DNA of 64,000 bases from Gammaproteobacteria bacterium (lineage in GTDB: Bacteria > Pseudomonadota > Gammaproteobacteria > Steroidobacterales > XN24), in assembly GCA_047921395.1 (NCBI GenBank), contig JBLRWH010000001.1:22142-86141 (forward strand). The letters are read 5' to 3'. Both the position numbers and the translations under genes were made by a program. The notes under the pieces were generated by a model. It saw only the letters and a list, made by a program, of their open reading frames with translations, made no database searches and was not told where the DNA came from. Positions 10,124 through 21,283 of the stretch are shown here, piece by piece (within the stretch, counting starts at the first letter, position 1; each line of letters starts with the position of its first letter).

Positions 10124-11977
10124 TCAGATCGGCAGCGTCTGGACGCGCCGGCCGCCATACAGGGCGTTGACCACGGCGCGCGTGCCGACGATGGCGGTGA
10201 ACATGGAGGTGATGATGCCGAGCGACAGCGTCACCGCGAAGCCGCGAATCGGGCCGGTGCCGAAGGTGAACAGCACGACGGCCGCGATCAGCGTGGTGAT
10301 GTTGGCGTCGGCGATGGACGAGAACGCCTTCTCGTAGCCGGCGTGGATCGCCGCCTGCGGCGTATTGCCGTTGCGCAGCTCCTCGCGGATGCGCTCGAAG
10401 ATCAGCACGTTCGCGTCCACGGCCATGCCGACCGTGAGCACGATCCCCGCGATGCCCGGCAAGGTGAGGGCCGCCTGCAGCATCGACAGCAGCGCGATCA
10501 CGAGCACCAGGTTGGCCAGCAGCGCCAGATTGGCGACCAGGCCGAACACCTTGTAATACAGCGCCATGAACAGCACGACCAGGACGAAGCCGAGCGCCAC
10601 GGCCTGCATGCCGCGCTCGATGTTCTCCTGTCCCAGGCTCGGGCCGATGGTCCGTTCCTCGACCTTGAAGATCGGCGCCGCCAGCGAGCCGGCGCGCAGC
10701 AGCAGCGCGAGGTCTCGGGCCTCGAGCGGCTCCAGGCCGGTGATCATGAAGCGGTTGGAGAACACGCCGCGGATGGTCGCGACGCTGATGACTTTTTCCT
10801 CGGTGCGGGTGACTTCACGCACCTCGCCATCGCGCTCGACCAGGTCGCGCTTCTGCTCGATGAAGACCACCGCCATGCGCTTGTTCAGGTTGGCGCGGGT
10901 CGTTTCGCCCATCTTGCGCGCGCCCTTGGCGTCCAGGTTCACGTACACCGCGGGCATGCCTTCGTCGAAGCCGGCCGACGCCCCGGTCAGCTGGTCGCCG
11001 GTGACGATGAGCTCGCGCCGCAGCAGCACGGGCTGGCCGAAACGGTCGCGATACAGCGCCGAGCCCAGCGGGGCGCGGCCGCGCTCGGCCGCCTCGAAGG
11101 GACTGTTGACCTCGTCCACGAGGCGGAACTCCAGCGTCGCCGTCGCCCCCAGCACCCGCTCGGCCTGGGCGGGGTCCTGGATGCCCGGCAGCTGCACGAT
11201 GATCCGGTCGGCGCCCTGGCGCTGCACGACCGGCTCGGAGACGCCCAGCTCGTTGACGCGATTGCGCAGCGTGACGGTGTTCTGCTCGATGGCGAAGTTC
11301 TGGCGCTCGCGAATCTGGTCCTCGGTCATCCGCGCGACCAGCTCGAAGTCCTCGCCCACCTGGCGCTCGTCCAGCGACAACAAGGGGTCCGCGTCGCGGA
11401 TGACGCGCATCGCCTCGCGCCGGTCCTCGGCGCTCTCGAGCGTGACCCGCACGACATTGCCATCGCGGCGCACGGCCTTGTAGCGAATGCGCGCGTCCCG
11501 CAGCAGGGTCCGGAAATCGGCCTCGTAACGGTCGAGCGCCTGGCCGATCGCGGCCTCCATATCCACCTCGTACATGAAGTGGACGCCCCCGCGCAGGTCG
11601 AGGCCGAGGCTCATGGGCCTCAGGCCGAGGCTGCGCAACAGGGCGGGCGTGCGCGGCGCAAGCGTCAGCGCGGCGACGTAGCCGGGGCCGAGCTGCTCGC
11701 GCACCAGGTCGAGCGCCCGGAGCTGCTCCTCCACATCCGGGAAGCGGATGGTGATGCGGCCGTCCTCGAGGTACACCGGACCGTGCCTCACCGCGCGGGC
11801 GTCGAGGATGGCGCTGACGCGCTGCAGGGCGGCCTCGTCGAGCGGCTGGCCCGCCTCGGCGGTGACCTGCACGGCGGGTGCGTCACCGTAGATGTTTGGC
11901 AGCGCGAACACGAGGCCGATCAGGATGACCGCCACGACAAGCAGATTCTTCCAGAGAGGAAAACGGTTGAGAACCAC
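10124..11977 (-). CDS. secD: Protein translocase subunit SecD
   Basis: LGLDLRGG, RVNELGVSEP, IGPSLG and GMAVDANVLIFERIREE. Confidence 0.98.
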   Translation of the reverse strand: MVLNRFPLWKNLLVVAVILIGLVFALPNIYGDAPAVQVTAEAGQPLDEAALQRVSAILDARAVRHGPVYLEDGRITIRFPDVEEQLRALDLVREQLGPGYVAALTLAPRTPALLRSLGLRPMSLGLDLRGGVHFMYEVDMEAAIGQALDRYEADFRTLLRDARIRYKAVRRDGNVVRVTLESAEDRREAMRVIRDADPLLSLDERQVGEDFELVARMTEDQIRERQNFAIEQNTVTLRNRVNELGVSEPVVQRQGADRIIVQLPGIQDPAQAERVLGATATLEFRLVDEVNSPFEAAERGRAPLGSALYRDRFGQPVLLRRELIVTGDQLTGASAGFDEGMPAVYVNLDAKGARKMGETTRANLNKRMAVVFIEQKRDLVERDGEVREVTRTEEKVISVATIRGVFSNRFMITGLEPLEARDLALLLRAGSLAAPIFKVEERTIGPSLGQENIERGMQAVALGFVLVVLFMALYYKVFGLVANLALLANLVLVIALLSMLQAALTLPGIAGIVLTVGMAVDANVLIFERIREELRNGNTPQAAIHAGYEKAFSSIADANITTLIAAVVLFTFGTGPIRGFAVTLSLGIITSMFTAIVGTRAVVNALYGGRRVQTLPI

Positions 11978-12001
11978 GGGTATTTCCTGGCAGCAGGCCG
12001 A

Positions 12002-12325
12002 TCAGACGGACTTGAACGTGCCCTTGGGCAGGATGGCAATGACGGTCTGGCGCTGGATCCGCAGGACGACGCCGTCGGCGACCTCGACCTTGAGGAACTG
12101 CTCGCCGGTTTCCGTGACCCGCCCGAGGATGCCGCCGCCGGTGACGACCTCGTCGCCGGTCTTGAGCTCGGACACCATCTTCCGGTGTTCCTTGGCGCGC
12201 TTGGTCTGCGGCCGGATCAGGAGGAAGTAGAAGATCACGAAGATCAGGATCAGCGGCAGGAAGCTGATGAACGGATCGGGCTGGCTGGCGGCCTGCGCCC
12301 ATGCGTTGGAGATGAAGAAATCCAT
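12002..12325 (-). CDS. yajC: Preprotein translocase subunit YajC
   Basis: FYFLLIRPQ and GDEVVTGGGILG; tgt-yajC-secD synteny. Confidence 0.96.
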   Translation of the reverse strand: MDFFISNAWAQAASQPDPFISFLPLILIFVIFYFLLIRPQTKRAKEHRKMVSELKTGDEVVTGGGILGRVTETGEQFLKVEVADGVVLRIQRQTVIAILPKGTFKSV

Positions 12326-12410
12326 CGAAGTTAAGTCCCCGGATTGCGCTGCCCCGGCTGGGGCGGCGGTAAAACAGCGGACTATTATGCCACGATGCGG
12401 CCCAGTTGCC

Positions 12411-14563
<2,153 letters not shown>

Positions 14564-14586
14564 GGGGCGCGCATGTTAGCACTCCT

Positions 14587-15549
14587 TCAGCGACGCTCGC
14601 CGGCGCCTGGCACGTCGGCCTCGAGCTGCAAGCGCTCGCCGTGGCGGATGACGTTCATCACCAGCCGTTCGCCGGGCGCGTAGGACCGCAGGATCCTTGC
14701 GACGTGGCCGGGATCGAGGGGCGCTCGGCCCGCGATGTCCACGATCACGTCGCCGTCCTCCAGCCCGAGGGTGTCGTCGGCCGGCGCGCGCACCACCAGC
14801 ACCCCCTCGCTGGCCTCGAAGTAGTCCCCGAGTCCCGGGGTCAGCGCAACCAGTTCCATGTCGCCCCAGCGGTCCGCCATGAACTGGCGCATGAAGGCCC
14901 GTGGATGTGGCGTGCCGGGCGGCGGCGCGACCCGGGTCCGTTCGCCGTTGTAGGCGTAGGCCCGCGACCACGACCAGGGCCGCGCCTCGACCTGCACCGA
15001 GGCCGTGCTGCCGTCGCGCCGGTACCCCAGTTCGAGCTGGCTGCCCGGCGCCGCCTCCGCCAGGCCGTCGAGGAGCTTGCTGACCGGCGAAGTGTCGTCA
15101 CTCCAGTCGAGTTGCATTGCGCCCAGCGACAGGAGCACGTCGCCGCTGCGAATGCCGGCCTCGTCGGCCGACGAGCCCGGTGTCACGCCGAGGACGCGGA
15201 CGCCGGGCTCGCGCGCATCGGGCGACCCCTCCGGCCCGATGGTGATGCCCAGCATCACCGGCCGCGGCTGCCGCGCCAGCTCTTCGAGCCGCGCGATCGC
15301 GCTCATCCCGACGTCACCCATGATCTCCGCGGTCAGCGCGGCGATCTCGCGCGCCGCGGCCTCGAGCCGCGCCTGGGCATCCTCCAGCTGCGCCTCGGCG
15401 CCTTCCTGGGTGGTGCCCGGCGCGTTCTCCGGCGCCGCCTGCGCCAGCGCCGTCGTCGCCGCCAGCGCGAGCGTCGCGGCTATTCCCATGATCCTGCCGG
15501 CTCGAGCCGGTTGCCTGCTCTTGTTCATGTGCATCGTTCCCATGTTCAT
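14587..15549 (-). CDS. Exported protein with a coiled coil and two PDZ domains, no protease domain
   Basis: Signal peptide (AATLALAATTALA-QA), heptad-rich helix, PDZ-like GVRVLGVTPGSSADEAGIRSGDVLL and GVLVV...GLEDGDVIVDIAG. GAGG RBS before ATG 15549; exact start uncertain. Confidence 0.75.
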   Translation of the reverse strand: MNMGTMHMNKSRQPARAGRIMGIAATLALAATTALAQAAPENAPGTTQEGAEAQLEDAQARLEAAAREIAALTAEIMGDVGMSAIARLEELARQPRPVMLGITIGPEGSPDAREPGVRVLGVTPGSSADEAGIRSGDVLLSLGAMQLDWSDDTSPVSKLLDGLAEAAPGSQLELGYRRDGSTASVQVEARPWSWSRAYAYNGERTRVAPPPGTPHPRAFMRQFMADRWGDMELVALTPGLGDYFEASEGVLVVRAPADDTLGLEDGDVIVDIAGRAPLDPGHVARILRSYAPGERLVMNVIRHGERLQLEADVPGAGERR

Positions 15550-15575
15550 TGAACCTCGCGCTGCGCCGAAGCGGA

Positions 15576-16208
15576 TCAGCGCGCGTCCGAGAGTTGTGAG
15601 TACCTGACCCGCATCAGCGTATCCATGAGGGTCACCCGTTGTTGCCACAGCGCCCGCTCCCGCGCAGGGTCGAGCCGCGGGTCGCTGAGGACGAGGTCGA
15701 CCTCGTAAATACGGTCCTGCAGCTCCGCGATGGTCAGCGCCGTGCTGGCGCGCGTCACCCGGGGCGCCGCGGGCAAGGCCCGCAGGGCCGCCTCGAGCCG
15801 GCGCGAGGTTTCGAGGAGCTCGGCACGCGTCACGCCGTTGACCGAGCTCGCGGGCGCGGGCGTCGAGGCGACCAGGTCGGTGGTCGTGCCGCGCAGCGGT
15901 GCCTCTCCCGTGCGGGGCGCCAGGTTCACCAGCAGCGCCACGCCGAGGACCAGGCCCGCGGCGAGCCCGGCGAACTGCGTCCACTGGCGCCGTGGGCGAC
16001 GTGTCCTGGCGACCGCATGCACGGCCACCATGCGCCACAGGTCGCCGGGCGGCGCCAGCTCCGGCAGGCCGCGCAGCTGGGCGCGCATCCTTGACAGTGC
16101 GTCGAGCCTGCGGCGGCACTGCGCGCACCCGGCGACGTGGGCGGCGGACGCGGCGTCGACGGGCTGGCCGTCGCGCAGGCTCAGCAGTTGTTCGGTCGTG
16201 GCATGCAT
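15576..16208 (-). CDS. Putative zinc-binding (ZAS) transmembrane anti-sigma factor
   Basis: HVAGCAQC (HxxxCxxC), one TM helix, periplasmic C-terminus; overlaps the ECF sigma stop. Confidence 0.75.
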   Translation of the reverse strand: MHATTEQLLSLRDGQPVDAASAAHVAGCAQCRRRLDALSRMRAQLRGLPELAPPGDLWRMVAVHAVARTRRPRRQWTQFAGLAAGLVLGVALLVNLAPRTGEAPLRGTTTDLVASTPAPASSVNGVTRAELLETSRRLEAALRALPAAPRVTRASTALTIAELQDRIYEVDLVLSDPRLDPARERALWQQRVTLMDTLMRVRYSQLSDAR

Positions 16209-16786
16209 GCGCGTTCCTCGTCATAGTCTGGGCCCAGCTCGGCGCGCAATTGTTCATGCGCCCGCGACAGCCGGGACTTGGAAAAACTCACGGTCCGGCC
16301 CATCAATGCCGCGATCTCCTGGTGGCTGTACCCCTCGACGTCGTACAGCCAGACCACGGCGCGCGCCGTCGGCGGCAAGGCCTCCAGGGCGCGCTCGAGG
16401 CTCTCGCGGTCCGCGATGCGCGCCGCCGGATCGTCCGGGTCGGCCGGCTCCCAGGCCGGCACGCCGGTCTCCTCGTCGGGCGACAGGCTCTCCGACTTGC
16501 GGTACCACGCACTCCTGAGATGCGCCAGCGCCTTGTTGGTCGCGATCCGCTTCACCCAGCCGCCAAACGCGGCGTCGTTGCGGAATTCCGCGACATGCTG
16601 GATGACTTCGATACTGGTGTCCTGCAGCACCTCCTCGGCGAGCACCGGGTCGGCCAGGATGCGCGCCGCCAGCGTATACACCGGGCCGCCATAGCTCGCG
16701 TACAGCACCTCGTGGGCCTTCATGTCCCCGCGACGCGCCCGGGCGAGCATCGCTGGGTCAGGCCTGCAGTCCGCGAATCCCGCCAC
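16181..16786 (-). CDS. ECF-family RNA polymerase sigma factor
   Basis: Region 2 (AEEVLQDT...GWVKRIATNKAL) and region 4 (LPPTARAVVWLYDVEGYSHQEIA...KSRLSRA); GTG start after a GGAGG RBS. Confidence 0.9.
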   Translation of the reverse strand: MAGFADCRPDPAMLARARRGDMKAHEVLYASYGGPVYTLAARILADPVLAEEVLQDTSIEVIQHVAEFRNDAAFGGWVKRIATNKALAHLRSAWYRKSESLSPDEETGVPAWEPADPDDPAARIADRESLERALEALPPTARAVVWLYDVEGYSHQEIAALMGRTVSFSKSRLSRAHEQLRAELGPDYDEERACMPRPNNC

Positions 16787-16818
16787 GTCCCCTCCTGAGC
16801 CGATGGACTCTTTACTCC

Positions 16819-16846
16819 AGATGCCGCAAGCCGGCGCCGGGTCGCA
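16819..16846 (-). promoter_or_regulatory. Candidate autoregulated ECF promoter
   Basis: TGCGAC-N16-GCATCT about 30 bp upstream of the sigma start; ECF-like spacing. Confidence 0.4.
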
Positions 16847-16914
16847 ATATCCGGACCGTCCCCGGCAATGGTAAGCTTCGCCGCTGCGGGGCGGACGGCC
16901 GGTCCCCGCGCATA

Positions 16915-17001
16915 GCCCGGGTGGCGGAACTGGTAGACGCAGCGGACTCAAAATCCGCCGATGGTGACATCGTGCGAGTTCGACTCTCGCCCCGGGCACC
17001 A
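16915..17001 (+). tRNA. tRNA-Leu (anticodon CAA)
   Basis: GCCCGGG acceptor stem, TGGTAGA D-loop, GCGGA-CTCAAAA-TCCGC anticodon arm, long variable arm, GTTCGACTC T-arm, encoded 3' CCA. Confidence 0.97.
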
Positions 17002-17022
17002 GCAAACCTGAGATAGGGTTGA

Positions 17023-17565
17023 ATGAATTACTGTACTGACTGCGGCCAGCGTGTCGAGCTTCGTATCCCGGCAGGGGACAGCTTTCCACGACATATCTGC
17101 ACCGCCTGCGGCAAGGTCCATTACGTCAACCCGCTGATCGTCGTCGGCTGCGTGCCGGAAGACGGCAGCCGGATCCTGCTCTGCCGGCGCGCGATCGAGC
17201 CGCGTTCCGGGTACTGGACCATCCCGGCGGGCTTCATGGAGAACGACGAGACTCTCGTCCAGGGCGCAATGCGCGAAACCATGGAAGAGGCGATGGCGCG
17301 GGTCGAGATCCGGGACCTGTTCGCGGTCGTAGACGTCGTGCACGCGCGCCAGGTGCACATCATGTACCGCGCGACCCTCCTCGAGGGCGGCTTCGGCGCG
17401 GGCGCGGAGAGCCTCGAAGTGGCGCTGTTCGAACCGGAGGACATCCCGTGGGACGAGATCGCCTTCCTGTCGGTGCGTTTCGCGCTGGAAAAGTGCCTGG
17501 AGGACCGGGCCGCCGGTGTCGAGCGCCTGCACACGATCTCGCTGGATCGCGGCCGGCCGGATTGA
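17023..17565 (+). CDS. NUDIX hydrolase with N-terminal zinc ribbon
   Basis: CTDC...CTAC and the Nudix box GFMENDETLVQGAMRETMEEA. Confidence 0.92.
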   Translation: MNYCTDCGQRVELRIPAGDSFPRHICTACGKVHYVNPLIVVGCVPEDGSRILLCRRAIEPRSGYWTIPAGFMENDETLVQGAMRETMEEAMARVEIRDLFAVVDVVHARQVHIMYRATLLEGGFGAGAESLEVALFEPEDIPWDEIAFLSVRFALEKCLEDRAAGVERLHTISLDRGRPD

Positions 17566-17651
17566 ATTCCGCCGCGCGGCCTGTGGCACAATAACGTATC
17601 GTCTGCGCCCGCCCAGGCGCCCGCCAGAATCATTCCGGAGTTACGCTCACC

Positions 17652-17975
17652 ATGACCTTCGTCGTCACCGAGAACTGCATCAAGTGCAAGTACATGGACT
17701 GCGTAGAAGTGTGTCCGGTGGACTGCTTCCATGCGGGTCCGAACTTCCTGGTCATCGATCCGGAAGAATGCATCGACTGCACGCTGTGTGAGCCCGAGTG
17801 CCCGGCCGAGGCCATATTCTCCGAGGAAGACCTGCCGGCCAGCCAGGCGCATTTCCTCGAGCTCAACAAGGAGCTTTCCGCCCAGTGGCCGGTGATCACT
17901 GAGAAGGGCGAGCCGCCCGAGGATGCCGCCGAATGGGACGGCAAGCCCGGGAAGCTGCAGCACCTGGAACGCTGA
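17652..17975 (+). CDS. fdxA: 7Fe ferredoxin (FdxA/FdI type)
   Basis: [18 protein letters not shown] and [12 protein letters not shown]. Confidence 0.95.
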   Translation: MTFVVTENCIKCKYMDCVEVCPVDCFHAGPNFLVIDPEECIDCTLCEPECPAEAIFSEEDLPASQAHFLELNKELSAQWPVITEKGEPPEDAAEWDGKPGKLQHLER

Positions 17976-18000
17976 ACGCGCCTGGCCGCGGCGCTGTTGC

Positions 18001-18732
18001 CTAGCGGGCCTCGAGCGCGGCCGCGAGGCGATCCGGGGACAGGTAGCCGGGGATGAACTGGCCGGCATCGGTCACCATACCCGGCGTACCCTGGATTCCC
18101 AGTTCGCGCCCGAGCCGGTAGTGCTCGGCCACCGGCGTGTCCTCGCAGGCGCCGGTCGGCTTGATGTCCTCGCCCTGCTTGGCCCGGGTCATGGCGTCCT
18201 TGCGATCAGTCGAGCACCAGACCGCGTCCGCCTTGGCCCAGCTCGACGAGCCCGGGCCCGCGAGCGGCATGAAGACATAGCGCACCGCGATGCCGAGCTT
18301 GTTGTACGCGTCGATCTCGCCGTGCAGCTTGCGGCAGTAACCGCAGTCGACGTCGGTGAACACCGTGACAGTGTGCTTCGGCTTCTCGGGCGCGAACACG
18401 ATCATCCGGGACTCATCGAAATCGTTGGCGAGCGCGCTCACGAAGCGCGCCGACATCACTTCGTCCAGCTCGGCGACACGATCTTCCGTGAGGCTGCGGC
18501 TTTCCATCAGGTCGAAGATGTCGCCCCGCAGCAGGTAGCGCCCGTCCTCGCTGACATAGACGATCTGTCGGCCCACCGAGACTTCCCAGATGCCCGGGAT
18601 GGGGGTCGCCTTGATTTGCTCGGCCTCGACACCCGGGAGTTTCGCTGCCAGCGCTTCCTGGGTCGACATCCCTGCCGCGGCCGAGGCGGGGAACAACGCC
18701 ACCAGCGCGGCGGTAGCAAGCAGTGAACTCAT
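18001..18732 (-). CDS. dsbC: Thiol:disulfide isomerase DsbC
   Basis: Signal peptide, FTDVDCGYCRKLH, GTP cis-Pro loop; xerD-dsbC synteny; AGGAG RBS before ATG 18732. Confidence 0.93.
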   Translation of the reverse strand: MSSLLATAALVALFPASAAAGMSTQEALAAKLPGVEAEQIKATPIPGIWEVSVGRQIVYVSEDGRYLLRGDIFDLMESRSLTEDRVAELDEVMSARFVSALANDFDESRMIVFAPEKPKHTVTVFTDVDCGYCRKLHGEIDAYNKLGIAVRYVFMPLAGPGSSSWAKADAVWCSTDRKDAMTRAKQGEDIKPTGACEDTPVAEHYRLGRELGIQGTPGMVTDAGQFIPGYLSPDRLAAALEAR

Positions 18733-18856
18733 CGCGGCTCCTGGAGGCGATTGATGGACGGGATGTGCGGTCTGACCCGTGGCGGGACGCAAAGGTTCAG
18801 TCTGTCCGCGGATTCCGGCCGGGATTCTAGCCCGGATTGCCTGGCCGGGGCATATC

Positions 18857-19807
18857 TCAGCCCCGCGGATGATGCCGGGCGTGCAGTTCGCGCAATCGCT
18901 CGCGCGCCACGTGCGTATAGATCTGCGTCGTGGACAGGTCGCTGTGGCCGAGCAGCATCTGCACGACGCGCAGGTCGGCGCCGTGGTTCAGCAAGTGGGT
19001 CGCAAAAGCGTGCCGCAGTGTATGGGGCGAGAGGGCCTGGCCGATGCCCGCGAGCTCGGTATAGCGCTTGATGATGTGCCAGAACGCCTGGCGCGTCATG
19101 CGGTCACCCCGGCGGGTCGGGAAGACGAAATCGGTCTGCCGCTCGAGCAGGATCTCCTCGCGCGGCCCGGCGATGAATTGCTGCAGCCACTCGAGCGACT
19201 CCTCGCCGAGCGGGATCAGGCGCTCGCGCCCGCCCTTGCCCGTCACCCTCACGACGCCCTGGTTGAGATTGACCTGGCCGAGCCTGAGATTGACGAGCTC
19301 GGTGACCCGCAGCCCGGTGGCGTAGAGCACCTCGAGCATGGTGCGGTCCCTGTGGCCAAGCGCCTCGCTGGTGTTCGGCGCGCCCAGCAGCGACTCGACC
19401 TCGTCCTCGCTCAGCGACTTCGGCAATGGCCGGCCGATCTTGGGCATCGAGATCTGCGCGGTGGGATCCTCCCCGCTGCCGCGCTCGCGCACCAGCCAGC
19501 GGAAGAAGCGTCGATAACTGGACAACTGGCGGGCGGAGGACCGCGGCCGGGCGCCGCCTTCCACGCGGTCTGCGATGAAGGCGAGCACGTCGCTCCGCTG
19601 CGCCGCCATGATCGGCCGACCCTCCTTCGCGACCCAGCGCGCCAGCGCCATCAGGTCGGTGCGATAGGCGGACAGCGTGTTCTTGGACAGGCCGCGCTCC
19701 ATCCAGGCGGCATCGAGAAAGCGGTCGATCGCCTGCGCGGACGCCTCGAGGTGCTCTTGGCTCCCCCGCGCTCCATTCAGGCTCCCGTTGCTGGACTCTC
19801 GACTCAT
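18857..19807 (-). CDS. xerD: Tyrosine recombinase XerD
   Basis: ERGLSKNTLSAYRTDL, LYATGLRVTEL, SPHTLRHAFATHLL and LGHSDLSTTQIYTHV. Confidence 0.96.
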   Translation of the reverse strand: MSRESSNGSLNGARGSQEHLEASAQAIDRFLDAAWMERGLSKNTLSAYRTDLMALARWVAKEGRPIMAAQRSDVLAFIADRVEGGARPRSSARQLSSYRRFFRWLVRERGSGEDPTAQISMPKIGRPLPKSLSEDEVESLLGAPNTSEALGHRDRTMLEVLYATGLRVTELVNLRLGQVNLNQGVVRVTGKGGRERLIPLGEESLEWLQQFIAGPREEILLERQTDFVFPTRRGDRMTRQAFWHIIKRYTELAGIGQALSPHTLRHAFATHLLNHGADLRVVQMLLGHSDLSTTQIYTHVARERLRELHARHHPRG

Positions 19808-19893
19808 GTTCTCCGCCTGGCTGCCGCCGACCCGTCACGCGATCGCCGGCCAGAATTCCCGGAGCCATTCTCGACACAACGGCATGGATGCGA

Positions 19894-19950
19894 TGCGACG
19901 ACCGTCACATATCCAGGCGTGATTAACATAACGTGAATCAGATCACATAA
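19894..19950. promoter_or_regulatory. Cluster of CRP/Clp-like boxes overlapping an XerD-arm-like sequence upstream of xerD
   Basis: TGCGA-N6-TCACA (19894-19909), CGTGA-N6-TCACA (19932-19947), and TTATGTTAATC on the minus strand (19931-19921). Confidence 0.5.
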
Positions 19951-19990
19951 TGCCGCGCCCGCGCCCTCGGCGTCGCGGCTGGCGGCGGAA

Positions 19991-21283
19991 TCAGGGCTGG
20001 CGACGGGTCAGCTCGGCCACCTGGATCCGGTCCTCGACGAAACGCTGCCACTCCCGCGCCTGGCGCCGGGTGTCCGCGTCGTAGTCCTGCGCGCGCTGGA
20101 AGGCCTGGCGGGACTCGTGCAGCTCGCCCAGCTCCATGAGGGCGATGCCGATCATCAGCCACGCGCCGCCGGGCTGGTCGACGTTGCCGAGTTCCAGCGC
20201 CTGGCGGGCTGCTTCCCGGGTCGCCTGCCACCGGTTCTGCTCCATCATGAGGCGGGCCTTGCGGATCAACAGGTCGCCATCGCCCGTCAGCGGCGCAAGG
20301 CGGTCGATCACTTCGGCCGCGCGCTCGAATTCGCGCGCCGCGGTCCACGCCTCCAGCAACAGCTCGAGGTTGGCGCGGCTGGCCTCGACCTGCCCGGCCG
20401 ACATGGCCTGCTCGAGGATCCGGGCGCCCTGGTACGGCAGCCCGAGGTACAGGTTCATGCGCACCAGGTTGAGCAGCTTGGGCGCCTTGGTGACCAGCCC
20501 CCCGTTGTACGCCGCCATCAGCGCGGCCAGCGCGTCGGCATCCTGGTTCAACTCCTGGTGCGCGCCGGCCATCATCTCCCAGTAACGGAGCCGCTCCGGC
20601 CAGCGCGCCACCAGCGTGTTCAGCACCCGTAGCGCGGCGCGATGGTCCCCGAGCTCGAAGTGGATGGCCAGTTCGAGCTGGTACCAGCTCTCGAGGGCCT
20701 TCTCGCCGGCCTGCGCGATCGCGCCGCGCACCCACGGCAACGCCTCGCGGTGCCGGCCGAGCTGGACATGGGCCTGGCCCATCATGAGCCGGTCCTCGGC
20801 CGTGGCCTCGGGCTGGTAGGCAAGGTACCGGGTCATTGTGTCGATGGCTTGCTGCCACTGGTCCAGCGCGGCCTGGAGCTGGGCCAGGGCCCGCAGCAGG
20901 TTGAAGTGCGCGGCGTTGGGCAGCGCGTCGAGGGCGATCGCCCGCTCGAAACGCGGCACGGCCTCCGCGAGCCGGTCCAGCGCCACCAGCGCATAGCCGG
21001 CAAGCTGCTCCCCCATGGCGCGCTCGTAGTCGTTGAGGTCCGACTCGAGGTAGGCCTCGGCCGCCGCCAGCGCCTCCGCTTGGCGGCCCTCGCCATACAG
21101 CGTGCTGATGGTCTCGAAGCGCCGGAAGCCGCGCTCGCTCATCAGCAAGCCGGGATCGCTGCGCTGGCGCTCGGCGGCCGCAGGACCCTGGGCTGCGCCC
21201 GGCACGGCGAACCCGGCCAGCAACAGTGCGACCCAGCAGACCGCCAGGCCGAATCGCCAACGATGTGCGCGGCTCCGGGTCAT
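19991..21283 (-). CDS. Exported TPR protein of the TonB2-type cluster
   Basis: Signal peptide, repeated TPR helices, PYQGARIL motif; last gene of the DUF3450-exbB-exbD-tonB run. Confidence 0.85.
   Translation of the reverse strand: MTRSRAHRWRFGLAVCWVALLLAGFAVPGAAQGPAAAERQRSDPGLLMSERGFRRFETISTLYGEGRQAEALAAAEAYLESDLNDYERAMGEQLAGYALVALDRLAEAVPRFERAIALDALPNAAHFNLLRALAQLQAALDQWQQAIDTMTRYLAYQPEATAEDRLMMGQAHVQLGRHREALPWVRGAIAQAGEKALESWYQLELAIHFELGDHRAALRVLNTLVARWPERLRYWEMMAGAHQELNQDADALAALMAAYNGGLVTKAPKLLNLVRMNLYLGLPYQGARILEQAMSAGQVEASRANLELLLEAWTAAREFERAAEVIDRLAPLTGDGDLLIRKARLMMEQNRWQATREAARQALELGNVDQPGGAWLMIGIALMELGELHESRQAFQRAQDYDADTRRQAREWQRFVEDRIQVAELTRRQP

Noticed and set aside
16915-17030. 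tRNA-Leu as an island integration site
   Set aside because: No integrase, no duplicated tRNA 3' end and no compositional shift seen nearby.
14587-17089. Extended ORFs for the PDZ protein (556 aa) and sigma factor (302 aa)
   Set aside because: The extensions overlap the anti-sigma gene or the tRNA; internal starts have clear RBSs.
18857-19807. Tyrosine recombinase as a mobile-element integrase
   Set aside because: Sequence and the xerD-dsbC pairing identify the housekeeping XerD.
19915-19955. Complete dif site
   Set aside because: Only an XerD-like arm is present; the XerC position (ATGTGATCTGA) does not match.
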